A stretch of DNA of 15,722 bases from Azolla caroliniana (GCA_043228905.1 JBHGNT010000786.1:1-15722), one strand, 5' to 3'; numbered from the stretch's first letter, positions 1 through 8,414 are shown. Notes: generated from the sequence alone by a model not told the origin. Program-made: numbers and translations.

Positions 1-2543
1 CAGCAATTTCTAATGAATAACAATTCTCTTTAAAAAAACACCAAGACTTGTTAGCTTTCTTTATCTCTCTTTATCAATATTTTATGGGAAAGATCCTGTC
101 TTCATCACTGTTTGACATTCATTTTCGTAAAAACAATTTCTTTGTCAAGTTTATTCCGATTTTTTTTTCCTTGTACCATTGATAACTCAAAGGTCTGATT
201 GTTTAGTTTATTTTCAGCTGATTACAATTTAAATGAAAAATATCTCTATTCCAAAGTAAATACTTAACTATCAAACATTGTGTCTTTTGGCATTAATGAA
301 TATTTATTCAGTTGAATATTTGTTAAATACTAACATTAAATTTGTACATTTTACGATGTTTTTTGGCTACCAGGCAGCAGTGGCATATTTAAAACAAAAA
401 GTACAGGAAGCGGTCGTAAACAGTTAAAATCCAATAAATCCTGCAACCAAAACACATGCCATTTTCTTATAACCGGCTTATGCAAGGCCATTATTTATCA
501 TTGTCGTAAAATTTGTTATTGTTTCGTGGAGACTTGGCGGTGCAAACAATATCGTAACGGTAAATTATAACATATGTTTAAAATGTTTAAAAATCTATAG
601 TTTGATAGAAAACCAAAAAGGATATAAACCACCAAAAATGTCCAATACTTAACTAATATTTGTTGACAACAAACAGTTTAAAATTGGTCCAATTGTCGCT
701 AGATTTCTCTGTCTCGCCTTGATTTCCACTGTAAATGGTAGATGGCGCGTGATACCAATTTAAAATGTTTTTTAAAGTTGACGGATAGAGGGCGGTATGT
801 TCTTTATGCAATCAGTTCATTTGAAACATTGGGCATTATTTCTTGTGGTTTAGAAACTTTTTTTTCTCAATTCTTTTTGCTCATTAATGTCAAATTTAAT
901 TAAGAATATTTTATCACATTGTAAATAAACAAAAGCCTTCAATATAAACTATTATCAAACGATATTTGAAAAATATAGGGCATTAACTATGTTAATATTT
1001 GTGGGTTCTTTGGTTGATGTACATCAACAGTTTATATAAAACACAAATATTTTGGCATTGGCGCTTTTTATATGCTAAAATTATGAATATTTTAGCTACG
1101 ATGCAATATTATTAATTACTTTAATCGTAACTAACAAGATGGTTAAATTAAATTTATTGAAAAGTTTAAAGCATTTTAAGAAACCATCTTTATATAAAAT
1201 ATGTCGTTTTTTCTTTTTTTGACTTATTTACCATACTTTTTCTAAGTATGCCAAATATTCCAACAAATATTGATAATATAAATACAATTATAACTATTAA
1301 TTTAAAAATCTATATATTTCGTTGTAATTTTTAAACTAGAATAAGCAAGACAATTTTTGAAAAATGAGCAGCTTTTTCTGTTCAATTTCTGGTTCTAAAA
1401 AATGTTTTTCATTGAATAAACAGATGCATACAGCATAATTTTTGTTATAGTTCAGTACCTGCAACTTGTATTTTATTTTAGAATCAAAAGAAGTGGATTT
1501 TTTTGCTTTTTAAAATTCTTCTGACCCAAGGAAAACTTTCAGCTTTAGCTCGGGAATGGTTAGTTAAAGTTATTTTTAAACTTTACCGTTAAATGTTGAA
1601 TTGCACCACGCTATAAGTCATTTTAAGTTTCGGCGACGATTATTACTGTTTTAGGATCATTCACTTGGATTTGTATGTGTTAACGTACGCTTTCTGTTTA
1701 TTAAACACAGCGATGGGATACAGTAGCTACTACGACTGAATTTTTCCCACGAAATCAGCTGATTAAAATCTGCGCTATCGGTAAAAACCGCCGAGGTTTG
1801 GAATTTTAAAGAAAGCCGAGCGGAATTATAAAGATAAACGATACGTTTCCAAGAACCGAACAATTAAATTTGAAAATTTTACACCTATGATAGTCTAGTA
1901 TTTTTTAACGAGAAATAGTTTTTTGAAGCACCTGCCAATATTGATTTAAACGAACTTTAATTAAGTGGAAATGTTTCGTGCTAATGGTACGTTAAAACGC
2001 TGTAAACTGCATTGTTAGAATTAATCAATAATTTTCTAGTTTATAGGGTCGTAATGATCTAAAGCGACGATAATGTTATGTGTTTAACTCGACAATGGTT
2101 ATTAAATTTCCTTGTATCTTTCATTTAAATATACCAAAAGCATTAGAAAAACTGTATTTCATACAAACTCAAATTCTTCTTTAGAAATTTTTTCTCTCCG
2201 TGAATTAGTTCTATAGGGTGTTGGTAAATAAGTTTCGGAGTACTTCAGAGCCTATTTTGTTCGCATTTAGTCAATTTTATTTAAATAATGTACGTATTTG
2301 AGTTCCTATTAAATATAGACTATCGGTATACATTTTGCGTACATATCTTAACATTTATATTAATAATGTTAATCCAATTTAAACCACTCGTAGTAGCTAT
2401 TGAAATTCTGGTTTCATTCACTCGACGCCCTCGCAAAAATCTCGAATGCTCAATGAACTAAATTGTTCGTTTTTGCCATCCTTGTTTATCTTACACGAGT
2501 TCCATCTAAAGTTTACAACTTTCGATATCACCTTAATGGGATT

Positions 2544-2943
2544 AAGTGGGCGGAAATGCCGCTCTCGCTACTTCATTTGTTTCCCATAAATAATAGAATT
2601 AGAGTTGGCTGACTTTTAGTGAACGAAACCTACCGTTGTTGTTTACTAGATTTAGTTTCGTTCGGAAGACCTTTTAAGAGCTAATTTTTAATCAAAAATA
2701 AATACCTAGTATTAGCAAACCTAAAAGGGTTTTTAATAAGTCTTTGATATTCACAAAATTAATTATTGTTCGTAGTATTTCAAAAAGCCAATATGACCAT
2801 AATTACATTTTTTTCCGGGTCTTAAAAGGTCTCTTTTAAAATAACCTCTTTTATCTATCTGTTGGATAGATATGGGAGGTTTTAATTTTTAAACTATGGT
2901 CAAGTATTTGCATAATACATTACCAAAGTTTGTTTGGTATTGC
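2544..2943 (+). promoter_or_regulatory. Putative locus control region (multi-hairpin RNA) immediately 5' of the docking site
   Basis: Dense inverted repeats: GAACGAAAC 2621-2629/GTTTCGTTC 2655-2663; AGACCTTTTAAGA 2667-2679/TCTTAAAAGGTCT 2820-2832; AACCTC..TATCTATC 2843-2859/GATAGATA..GAGGTT 2865-2881; TACCAAA 2921-2927/TTTGGTA 2933-2939. The position matches the known Dscam exon 6 LCR. Confidence 0.65.
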
Positions 2944-2947
2944 CAAA

Positions 2948-2990
2948 AAATTTACCTGAATGTTGGGATAGGGTACCCTTGCTTCTCTCG
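2948..2990 (+). promoter_or_regulatory. Dscam exon 6 docking site (RNA element pairing with selector sequences)
   Basis: AAATTTACCTGAATGTTGGGATAGGGTACCCTTGCTTCTC lies about 250 nt upstream of the first variant. Many complementary stretches precede downstream variants, e.g. 3129, 7082, 8353, 10269, 13737. Confidence 0.93.
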
Positions 2991-3128
2991 CGGGCACTGT
3001 AAAATTTTAATTCGAGTTTTTATTATATAAAAGTACCTGTCCTTTTATCCACTGGTCCTTTTCCCTTTCCCTTATATATGTACATATGCACTTTGGATTT
3101 GATTGAAGGAAATAGTACGAAATTTTTC

Positions 3129-3143
3129 GGGTACCCTGGCCCA
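3129..3143 (+). promoter_or_regulatory. Selector sequence for variant 1
   Basis: GGGTACCCTGGCCCA versus docking complement GGGTACCCTATCCCA. Confidence 0.75.
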
Positions 3144-3233
3144 TTGCTATTAAGTTTTGGGCTGTCAAAGTTTAAAAAAAAAGGTAAGTGAGTGACAGAT
3201 TTAAATTGATTCTCTATGTTGGATTTCTTCTAG

Positions 3234-3354
3234 AACCTGTAGGAAGCGTTGGCCCTAGATTTCCGTTGGAAACAAGAAAGGAATATCTTTATTCCGAACA
3301 CGTTACTTTAAACTTGCTATGTCCTGCCCAAGGGTTCCCCGTTCCAAAAACAAG
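3234..3354 (+). CDS. Dscam1: Exon 6 variant 1: EPVGSVGPRFPLETRKEYLYSEHVTLNLLCPAQGFPVPKTR
   Basis: TAG|..AG|GTAAAT, 121 nt, open frame. Confidence 0.92.
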
Positions 3355-3405
3355 GTAAATGAGTATCCTGTTTGAGTAGGTGGGTAAAAAGTTGAATTTG
3401 TTTAG

Positions 3406-3529
3406 AACCTGTAGCGGGCGTCGTACCCAAATTTCCAACCCTAGACGATTCCCGAAGTTTTAAAGGTTACCAAGACGAGAGTATTACTCTTCTTTGCCCA
3501 GCGCAAGGGTTTCCCGCCCCCGTATACAG
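3406..3529 (+). CDS. Dscam1: Exon 6 variant 2: EPVAGVVPKFPTLDDSRSFKGYQDESITLLCPAQGFPAPVYR
   Basis: 124 nt, AG/GT, open; selector-like GAGTATCCTGTTTGAG at 3361. Confidence 0.92.
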
Positions 3530-3569
3530 GTAGAGTTAAACATTATTTTTTACATATTTCTGTATTTAG

Positions 3570-3676
3570 AACCGGTTGCGAGTGTTCTACCCAAATTCCC
3601 GACCCTAGACAATTTAAAAGGTTTCAATGGATACCAAGGAAAAAGTATAACTTTACTTTGTCCTGCACAAGCATTT
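3570..3676 (+). pseudogene. Dscam1: Exon 6 variant 3, 3'-truncated pseudo-exon: EPVASVLPKFPTLDNLKGFNGYQGKSITLLCPAQAF
   Basis: Intact acceptor and close paralog of variant 4, but homology stops after AQAF, followed by AT-rich sequence with a TAA stop and no GT donor. Confidence 0.8.
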
Positions 3677-3808
3677 ATATAAATAATATATTTTAGTTAA
3701 TTAATATCTCGAAAAACAAATGGTGTAAAAGAAATTTTAAATATTTATCACGCCTCTTCCCATATCATCTCCAATATCAAGACCAACTTGTAAAAATTAT
3801 TTGTGCAG

Positions 3809-3932
3809 AACCTGTGGCAAGCGTGCTACCAAAGTTTCCCACCCTTGACAACTCGAGGAGCTTCAACGGGTACCAAAACCAAAGCATAACTCTTCTTTGT
3901 CCTGCTCAAGGCTTCCCTGCGCCAACATACAG
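3809..3932 (+). CDS. Dscam1: Exon 6 variant 4: EPVASVLPKFPTLDNSRSFNGYQNQSITLLCPAQGFPAPTYR
   Basis: 124 nt, CAG|..AG|GTATTT, open. Confidence 0.92.
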
Positions 3933-3972
3933 GTATTTTAGCTATAATGACATACATTTTTTTACTCTGTAG

Positions 3973-4090
3973 AGCCTGTAAGTAGTGTGGCGCCCAGGAT
4001 TACTAAATTACCGCCAATCGACGATTTTTATCAAGGTCGAGATATCGCTATTCTTTGTCCAGGCCAAGCGTTTCCAAGTCCTGTCTATAG
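3973..4090 (+). CDS. Dscam1: Exon 6 variant 5: EPVSSVAPRITKLPPIDDFYQGRDIAILCPGQAFPSPVYR
   Basis: 118 nt, AG/GT, open. Confidence 0.9.
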
Positions 4091-4149
4091 GTACGTCATT
4101 TAGCTAGTAGTACAGACGTATTTATCTATATTTGTCCGTGCCTTGTGAA

Positions 4150-4167
4150 GTAAGAGTATCCTGTCCT
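4150..4167 (+). promoter_or_regulatory. Selector sequence for variant 6
   Basis: GTAAGAGTATCCTGTCCT versus docking complement GCAAGGGTACCCTATCCC; differences are mostly G-U compatible. Confidence 0.65.
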
Positions 4168-4207
4168 CTTATTTATGTAAAAAAAATAACGCTTCACATT
4201 CCAATAG

Positions 4208-4331
4208 AACCTATTGGAACTGTTATTCCAAAGTTAACATCTGGCGATGCTAGCAGAGATCTAACTGCACAACAAAACGAAGTATTAACAATGCAGTGCC
4301 CTATGCAGTCTTTTCCCGTTCCAAAATTCAG
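4208..4331 (+). CDS. Dscam1: Exon 6 variant 6: EPIGTVIPKLTSGDASRDLTAQQNEVLTMQCPMQSFPVPKFR
   Basis: 124 nt, AG/GT, open. Confidence 0.92.
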
Positions 4332-4380
4332 GTACAGTTGTTCAATATTGTTAAAAAAAATGTATTTGTTACGTTGTTAG

Positions 4381-4507
4381 AGCCCGTTGGAAGTGTAGGG
4401 CCCAGATTAACATCGGGTACATCAAAGATTCAGACTCTAGACGAATCGTTTGGTAGGAATATCACGCTGTTGTGTCCGGCTCAGTCCTACCCTGTCCCAA
4501 ATTACAG
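4381..4507 (+). CDS. Dscam1: Exon 6 variant 7: EPVGSVGPRLTSGTSKIQTLDESFGRNITLLCPAQSYPVPNYR
   Basis: 127 nt, AG/GT, open. Confidence 0.92.
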
Positions 4508-4549
4508 GTACTTATTTTACACTTAAAAATATACATCTTCGTATTTTAG

Positions 4550-4673
4550 AACCTGTGGGTTACGTCAAACCCAAATTTCCAACCATGGACAAAATTCATA
4601 CTGTAGAATTGGCCAAAAATAATAACATAACTCTGTTGTGCCCAGCGCAAGCTTATCCTGTCCCTCTTACAAG
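4550..4673 (+). CDS. Dscam1: Exon 6 variant 8: EPVGYVKPKFPTMDKIHTVELAKNNNITLLCPAQAYPVPLTR
   Basis: 124 nt, AG/GT, open. Confidence 0.92.
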
Positions 4674-4854
4674 GTACTTTATATAAAATAACCAATAACT
4701 ATTTTAAAGACAAATCTTCTTACGTCAAGTCAAGTATTTTGCGGTCAACTTTCTATTTTTCTCTTAAATTTTTCTGGTATGATGTATATATGTTTTATTG
4801 GAGATGACTTATAGAAGTGTTATTTTACGTTGATTGTTTTTGCAATCTTACTAG

Positions 4855-4978
4855 AACCCATAAGCAGCACGCTACCCAAAGTCTCTTCAAAATCCAAATA
4901 TGACGTCATAGATTACCAGCGAGGGTCCACCCTGTCTTTACTTTGTCCAGCCCAGGGATTTCCGGCCCCTAATTTCAG
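4855..4978 (+). CDS. Dscam1: Exon 6 variant 9: EPISSTLPKVSSKSKYDVIDYQRGSTLSLLCPAQGFPAPNFR
   Basis: 124 nt, AG/GT, open. Confidence 0.92.
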
Positions 4979-4995
4979 GTAATTTATTTTTCTAG

Positions 4996-5119
4996 AACCG
5001 GTAGGTACTAGAGCCCCTAAATTGTTGTCAAACGCTAAGACGCTCTGGTTCGAAGGTTTAGTAAACGAGGATGTGGCTTTGCTGTGTCAAGGGCAAGGGT
5101 TTCCGACACCAAAATTCAG
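4996..5119 (+). CDS. Dscam1: Exon 6 variant 10: EPVGTRAPKLLSNAKTLWFEGLVNEDVALLCQGQGFPTPKFR
   Basis: 124 nt, AG/GT, open; only 17 nt after variant 9. Confidence 0.9.
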
Positions 5120-5159
5120 GTAAATTCGCAAGTAGTGTTTTACGTATTCTTTATTATAG

Positions 5160-5283
5160 AACCGATAAGTTCTCGGGCACCTAGCCTATTATCTGACGTG
5201 AGGAGTACGACTATTGAAAAGCATTACGGTCACGGGGTCACTTTGCTTTGCCAGGCACAAGGATTTCCTACTCCCTCATTCAG
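5160..5283 (+). CDS. Dscam1: Exon 6 variant 11: EPISSRAPSLLSDVRSTTIEKHYGHGVTLLCQAQGFPTPSFR
   Basis: 124 nt, AG/GT, open. Confidence 0.92.
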
Positions 5284-5333
5284 GTAAATCGTCGGTATTT
5301 TTGTTTTGTTAGAAAATTAATTTTAAAATTTAG

Positions 5334-5460
5334 AACCCGTGGGAAGTCGTGCGCCGACGTTAACTCAAACCGACTCGAAATTCAAAGTAGCCGAACGAAC
5401 TTCCGGTCACGATATTCCAATTTTATGTCAAGCCCAAGGATTTCCAGTACCATCATTCAG
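5334..5460 (+). CDS. Dscam1: Exon 6 variant 12: EPVGSRAPTLTQTDSKFKVAERTSGHDIPILCQAQGFPVPSFR
   Basis: 127 nt, AG/GT, open. Confidence 0.92.
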
Positions 5461-5874
5461 GTATATTTATAATTTCAGAAAAATCTGTTGGTATGATTTG
5501 ATGTATTTTCTATCAGTAAGGTAGAGGGTCATCACCATAACAATACTTAAGACTCAGCAGCTCCTTTTTGCTTCCTCCTGACCTCTCGCACTTATAGCTG
5601 CATAAAATGTCAAACAAAGTACAATTTTTAGAGGTTCTTTAAAAATATTCTACACCTTAATTTACCACTATCTTCTGGGATGTAACTAGTAATTTTTATT
5701 TCGACGGCTTCACCAAGAATCCAACGGGGTTCTTTTGGGTGCGAGGCAGAACTTTTAAAATTAATTTACCTATGATAAAAACAGGTATGGTCGTTCTATA
5801 ATTAAATAAATCTTTGTGTTTAGCGAAAAATGTGTTAAACTTTAAATTTTTTCTGAAGTGGCCTTCTTTTTTAG

Positions 5875-6001
5875 AACCGGTAGGTTCCAGAGCACCAAAA
5901 CTTACCCAAATTGACTCTAAATTAAAGTCAGTTGAACGGCAAGCGGGACATGATATCCCTTTACTTTGTCAAGCGCAAGGATTTCCCGTTCCGTCTTTTA
6001 G
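5875..6001 (+). CDS. Dscam1: Exon 6 variant 13: EPVGSRAPKLTQIDSKLKSVERQAGHDIPLLCQAQGFPVPSFR
   Basis: 127 nt, AG/GT, open; close paralog of variant 12. Confidence 0.92.
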
Positions 6002-6646
6002 GTAAATAATACAATTCGATAAAGTCGGTTGATTTAAAAGTAATTTTTTCTTTTGGGACTTTTTTTCAATGCTATAGCCGGTCGAATAATATTACTGTTA
6101 TATGAGACGTAGAAACCCATTTTTTAAATTCAAGGTAAGTAGTCGTATTTAACTATTTTTATCTGTGTGTGTAACTTTGAGAAGGTCTTTAATTGAATGA
6201 GCTTTTATGTGGTACTCGCCCAAGATAGGAAATTTTACTGTAATCCACACTTTCTTTTCTTATAAGTATTAAGGGCAGTATTTCTTTTATTGTCCCCCAG
6301 AATAACTCGTTCCTTACCATCAAACCTTTTAAATAGTCTGCCTACCATAGTTATCAATTTTTATATAGTATCTAATGATATTAAAATATACCAACATAAC
6401 CAAAATCAACTTTTGAACAACGTTCAGTAAGGGAAAAAGGTTCTCAATCCAATTATCTATAAAAATATCCACACAGTATAACCCTTGTTTTTTTTCTTAT
6501 ATGTAAACTCATTAAAAGGAATATCAGTTGGAATATACATCTGCAAAACAACAGATTATTTAGGTTAGCGAGCTGTTTCATCGCTGCTTTACTTCTATCC
6601 TGCTTCATCCCCACATTCCGGAATTAATAATTTTTATTATTTTTAG

Positions 6647-6769
6647 AACCTGTTGGATATAAGGCTCCAACATTTTCCTCGTCTTCCAAGTCTTTTACCT
6701 ACGAGTTTCGACATGGTAACGCATTCGTTCTTCTTTGCCCTGCCCAGGCGCTACCATCCCAAAATTTAG
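6647..6769 (+). CDS. Dscam1: Exon 6 variant 14 (-1 indel near the end): EPVGYKAPTFSSSSKSFTYEFRHGNAFVLLCPAQALP/IPKFR
   Basis: 123 nt; restoring one base at CTA CC(N) ATC gives the canonical end; selector CATCCCCACATTCCGG at 6606-6621. Confidence 0.75.
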   Translation, partial: NLLDIRLQHFPRLPSLLPTSFDMVTHSFFFALPRRYHPKI

Positions 6770-6888
6770 GTACATAAGCAATGGAGTATTTTTACATGTT
6801 CTATTCCAAATTTAGAGCAATAACTCCTTATAATGTATTCCATTTTATGAATTTTAGAGATACGTTTTAAGGTTGTATTTAAATTTAG

Positions 6889-7012
6889 AACCTGTTGGAT
6901 CCAGAGCACCGGCTTTTTCCGCTGAATCAAAAATTTTTACTATGGATCGACCTTCGGGAATAAACTTTGCTCTTCTTTGTCCAGCACAAGGTTTTCCAAG
7001 ACCAAATTTTAA
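6889..7012 (+). CDS. Dscam1: Exon 6 variant 15: EPVGSRAPAFSAESKIFTMDRPSGINFALLCPAQGFPRPNFK
   Basis: 124 nt, AA|GTAAGT donor, open. Confidence 0.92.
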
Positions 7013-7081
7013 GTAAGTAAACAAAGTGTCATCCATAGAGTAATCCCAAAATTATATTTTTCTGAACGTTTATTATTACTG

Positions 7082-7096
7082 GAGAAGCAGGGGTAC
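7082..7096 (+). promoter_or_regulatory. Selector sequence for variant 16
   Basis: GAGAAGCAGGGGTAC versus docking complement GAGAAGCAAGGGTAC (14/15, the remaining position is G-U). Confidence 0.75.
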
Positions 7097-7143
7097 AAAA
7101 GGGGTAAAATTCGATGGATTAGAACATTTTTTTTGGTTCTCAG

Positions 7144-7267
7144 AACCAGTCGGTTCCCAGAGCTCCATCGTTTTCGACGGAATCAGAAGTTTTTACGATG
7201 AAGCGTCAAGTCGGAATAAATTTTGCTTTGCTTTGTCCAGCTCAGGGTTTCCGCGGCCCTCGTTTAG
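7144..7267 (+). CDS. Dscam1: Exon 6 variant 16 (+1/-1 indels): corrected EPVGSRAPSFSTESEVFTMKRQVGINFALLCPAQGFPRPSFR
   Basis: 124 nt, AG/GT; extra C at TCCC and one missing base at GGGTTTCC relative to variants 15 and 17. Confidence 0.75.
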
Positions 7268-7431
7268 GTTAGTACTATTGTTAATTCAAATCTAAAGCTT
7301 CCCAATAACTTATTTTACCTATACTCCTAACGGTTTTGACAACATGGTTCTTCTGGAAAAGTGCTCCGAAAAAAGGTAAGGGTATCTTTATTTCGATTTT
7401 AAACTTCGATATATTTTTAATCGTCGTTTAG

Positions 7432-7560
7432 AACCTGTGGGATCTAGAGCGCCATCATTTTCCACCGAATCTCAAATTTTTACGATGAAATTAAAACGTC
7501 CTGTGGGCAACGACGTTGCCTTGATTTGTCCGGCTCAGGTTTTCCAACACCTTCCTTTAA
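7432..7560 (+). CDS. Dscam1: Exon 6 variant 17 (-1 indel): corrected EPVGSRAPSFSTESQIFTMKLKRPVGNDVALICPAQGFPTPSFK
   Basis: 129 nt; one base missing at CAGGTTTTCC; selector-like GGTAAGGGGTATCTTTATTTC at 7375-7394. Confidence 0.75.
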
Positions 7561-7696
7561 GTAAGTAATTTAAATATAAAAATGTTTTTGTTTACTGTTT
7601 ACATAAGAACAGTGAGTGATGATTGGTTAATTTTGTATAGGAGCAAGGGTATCCATAAGTTTATTTTATTATGTACTAAAAAATGCTTATATATAG

Positions 7697-7821
7697 AACC
7701 TGTCGGCTCCAGAAGACCAGCTTTGTCGTCAGAATCTGATATTTCGGGTATTAAAAGACCAAAAGATATCAATTTAGCCTTACTTTGTCCTGCTCAAGGA
7801 TTTTCCAAGTCCCAGTTTTAA
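7697..7821 (+). CDS. Dscam1: Exon 6 variant 18 (+1 indel): corrected EPVGSRRPALSSESDISGIKRPKDINLALLCPAQGFPSPSFK
   Basis: 125 nt; extra T in GGATTTTCC; selector GAGCAAGGGTATCC at 7641-7654. Confidence 0.75.
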
Positions 7822-7931
7822 GTAAGTTCACGTGATTTTTTTTACATTAGAAAACAAAATATTAAAAGCAATGGTATCCATCCCTTTCAAGTTGAATACA
7901 AATAAGATGCTTAAAGGTTCTTATTATTTAG

Positions 7932-8055
7932 AACCAGTTGGCTCTCGAGCGCCATCGTTTTCGTTCGAGTCGCAAATTTTTATGACAAAACGTCCGATGA
8001 ACTCTACCATAGCGCTACTATGCCCTGCCCAAGGATTCCCTAGACCAAGTTATAA
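7932..8055 (+). CDS. Dscam1: Exon 6 variant 19: EPVGSRAPSFSFESQIFMTKRPMNSTIALLCPAQGFPRPSYK
   Basis: 124 nt, open; selector AAGCAATGGTATCCATCCC at 7866-7884. Confidence 0.92.
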
Positions 8056-8352
8056 GTAAGTTATCGTTAGCTTGGGATTTTTAAATATTACTATTTTTAT
8101 AGAATGCTAGCTTAGATCTCATCTTTTGGATAGTTTACGACCTGGTAAGTAGTGTATTTGGTAGTTCGAATTATACCAAAATATCCAACGAGTGCACTTG
8201 GTATTGGAAAATAATGATACAGTTTCAACCACCATCTGTAGCAACTGAAAAAATATTTCGAATAAGAATTTCATTCTTTTGAGCCCAACCAAACTCAATT
8301 TACTACTTAAAAAAGCATCAGTTACTTAAAAGAATGACGAACAGTGTCATGT

Positions 8353-8364
8353 GCAAGGGTACCC
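8353..8364 (+). promoter_or_regulatory. Selector sequence for variant 20
   Basis: GCAAGGGTACCC, a perfect 12-nt complement of docking positions 2971-2982. Confidence 0.75.
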
Positions 8365-8414
8365 AGTTTATTGTAGTATATCATGTACTTAAACCTTTTG
8401 TGTTCATATAATAG

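Noticed and set aside
1657-1863. 68-aa minus-strand ORF in the upstream intron (also 9006-9188)
   Set aside because: Short, with no recognisable motif or splice support; compatible with chance.
1-2500. Constitutive Dscam exon 5 or an intact transposon in the upstream region
   Set aside because: No Ig2 C-terminal coding signature, transposase-like ORF or terminal repeats were recognised; treated as intron.
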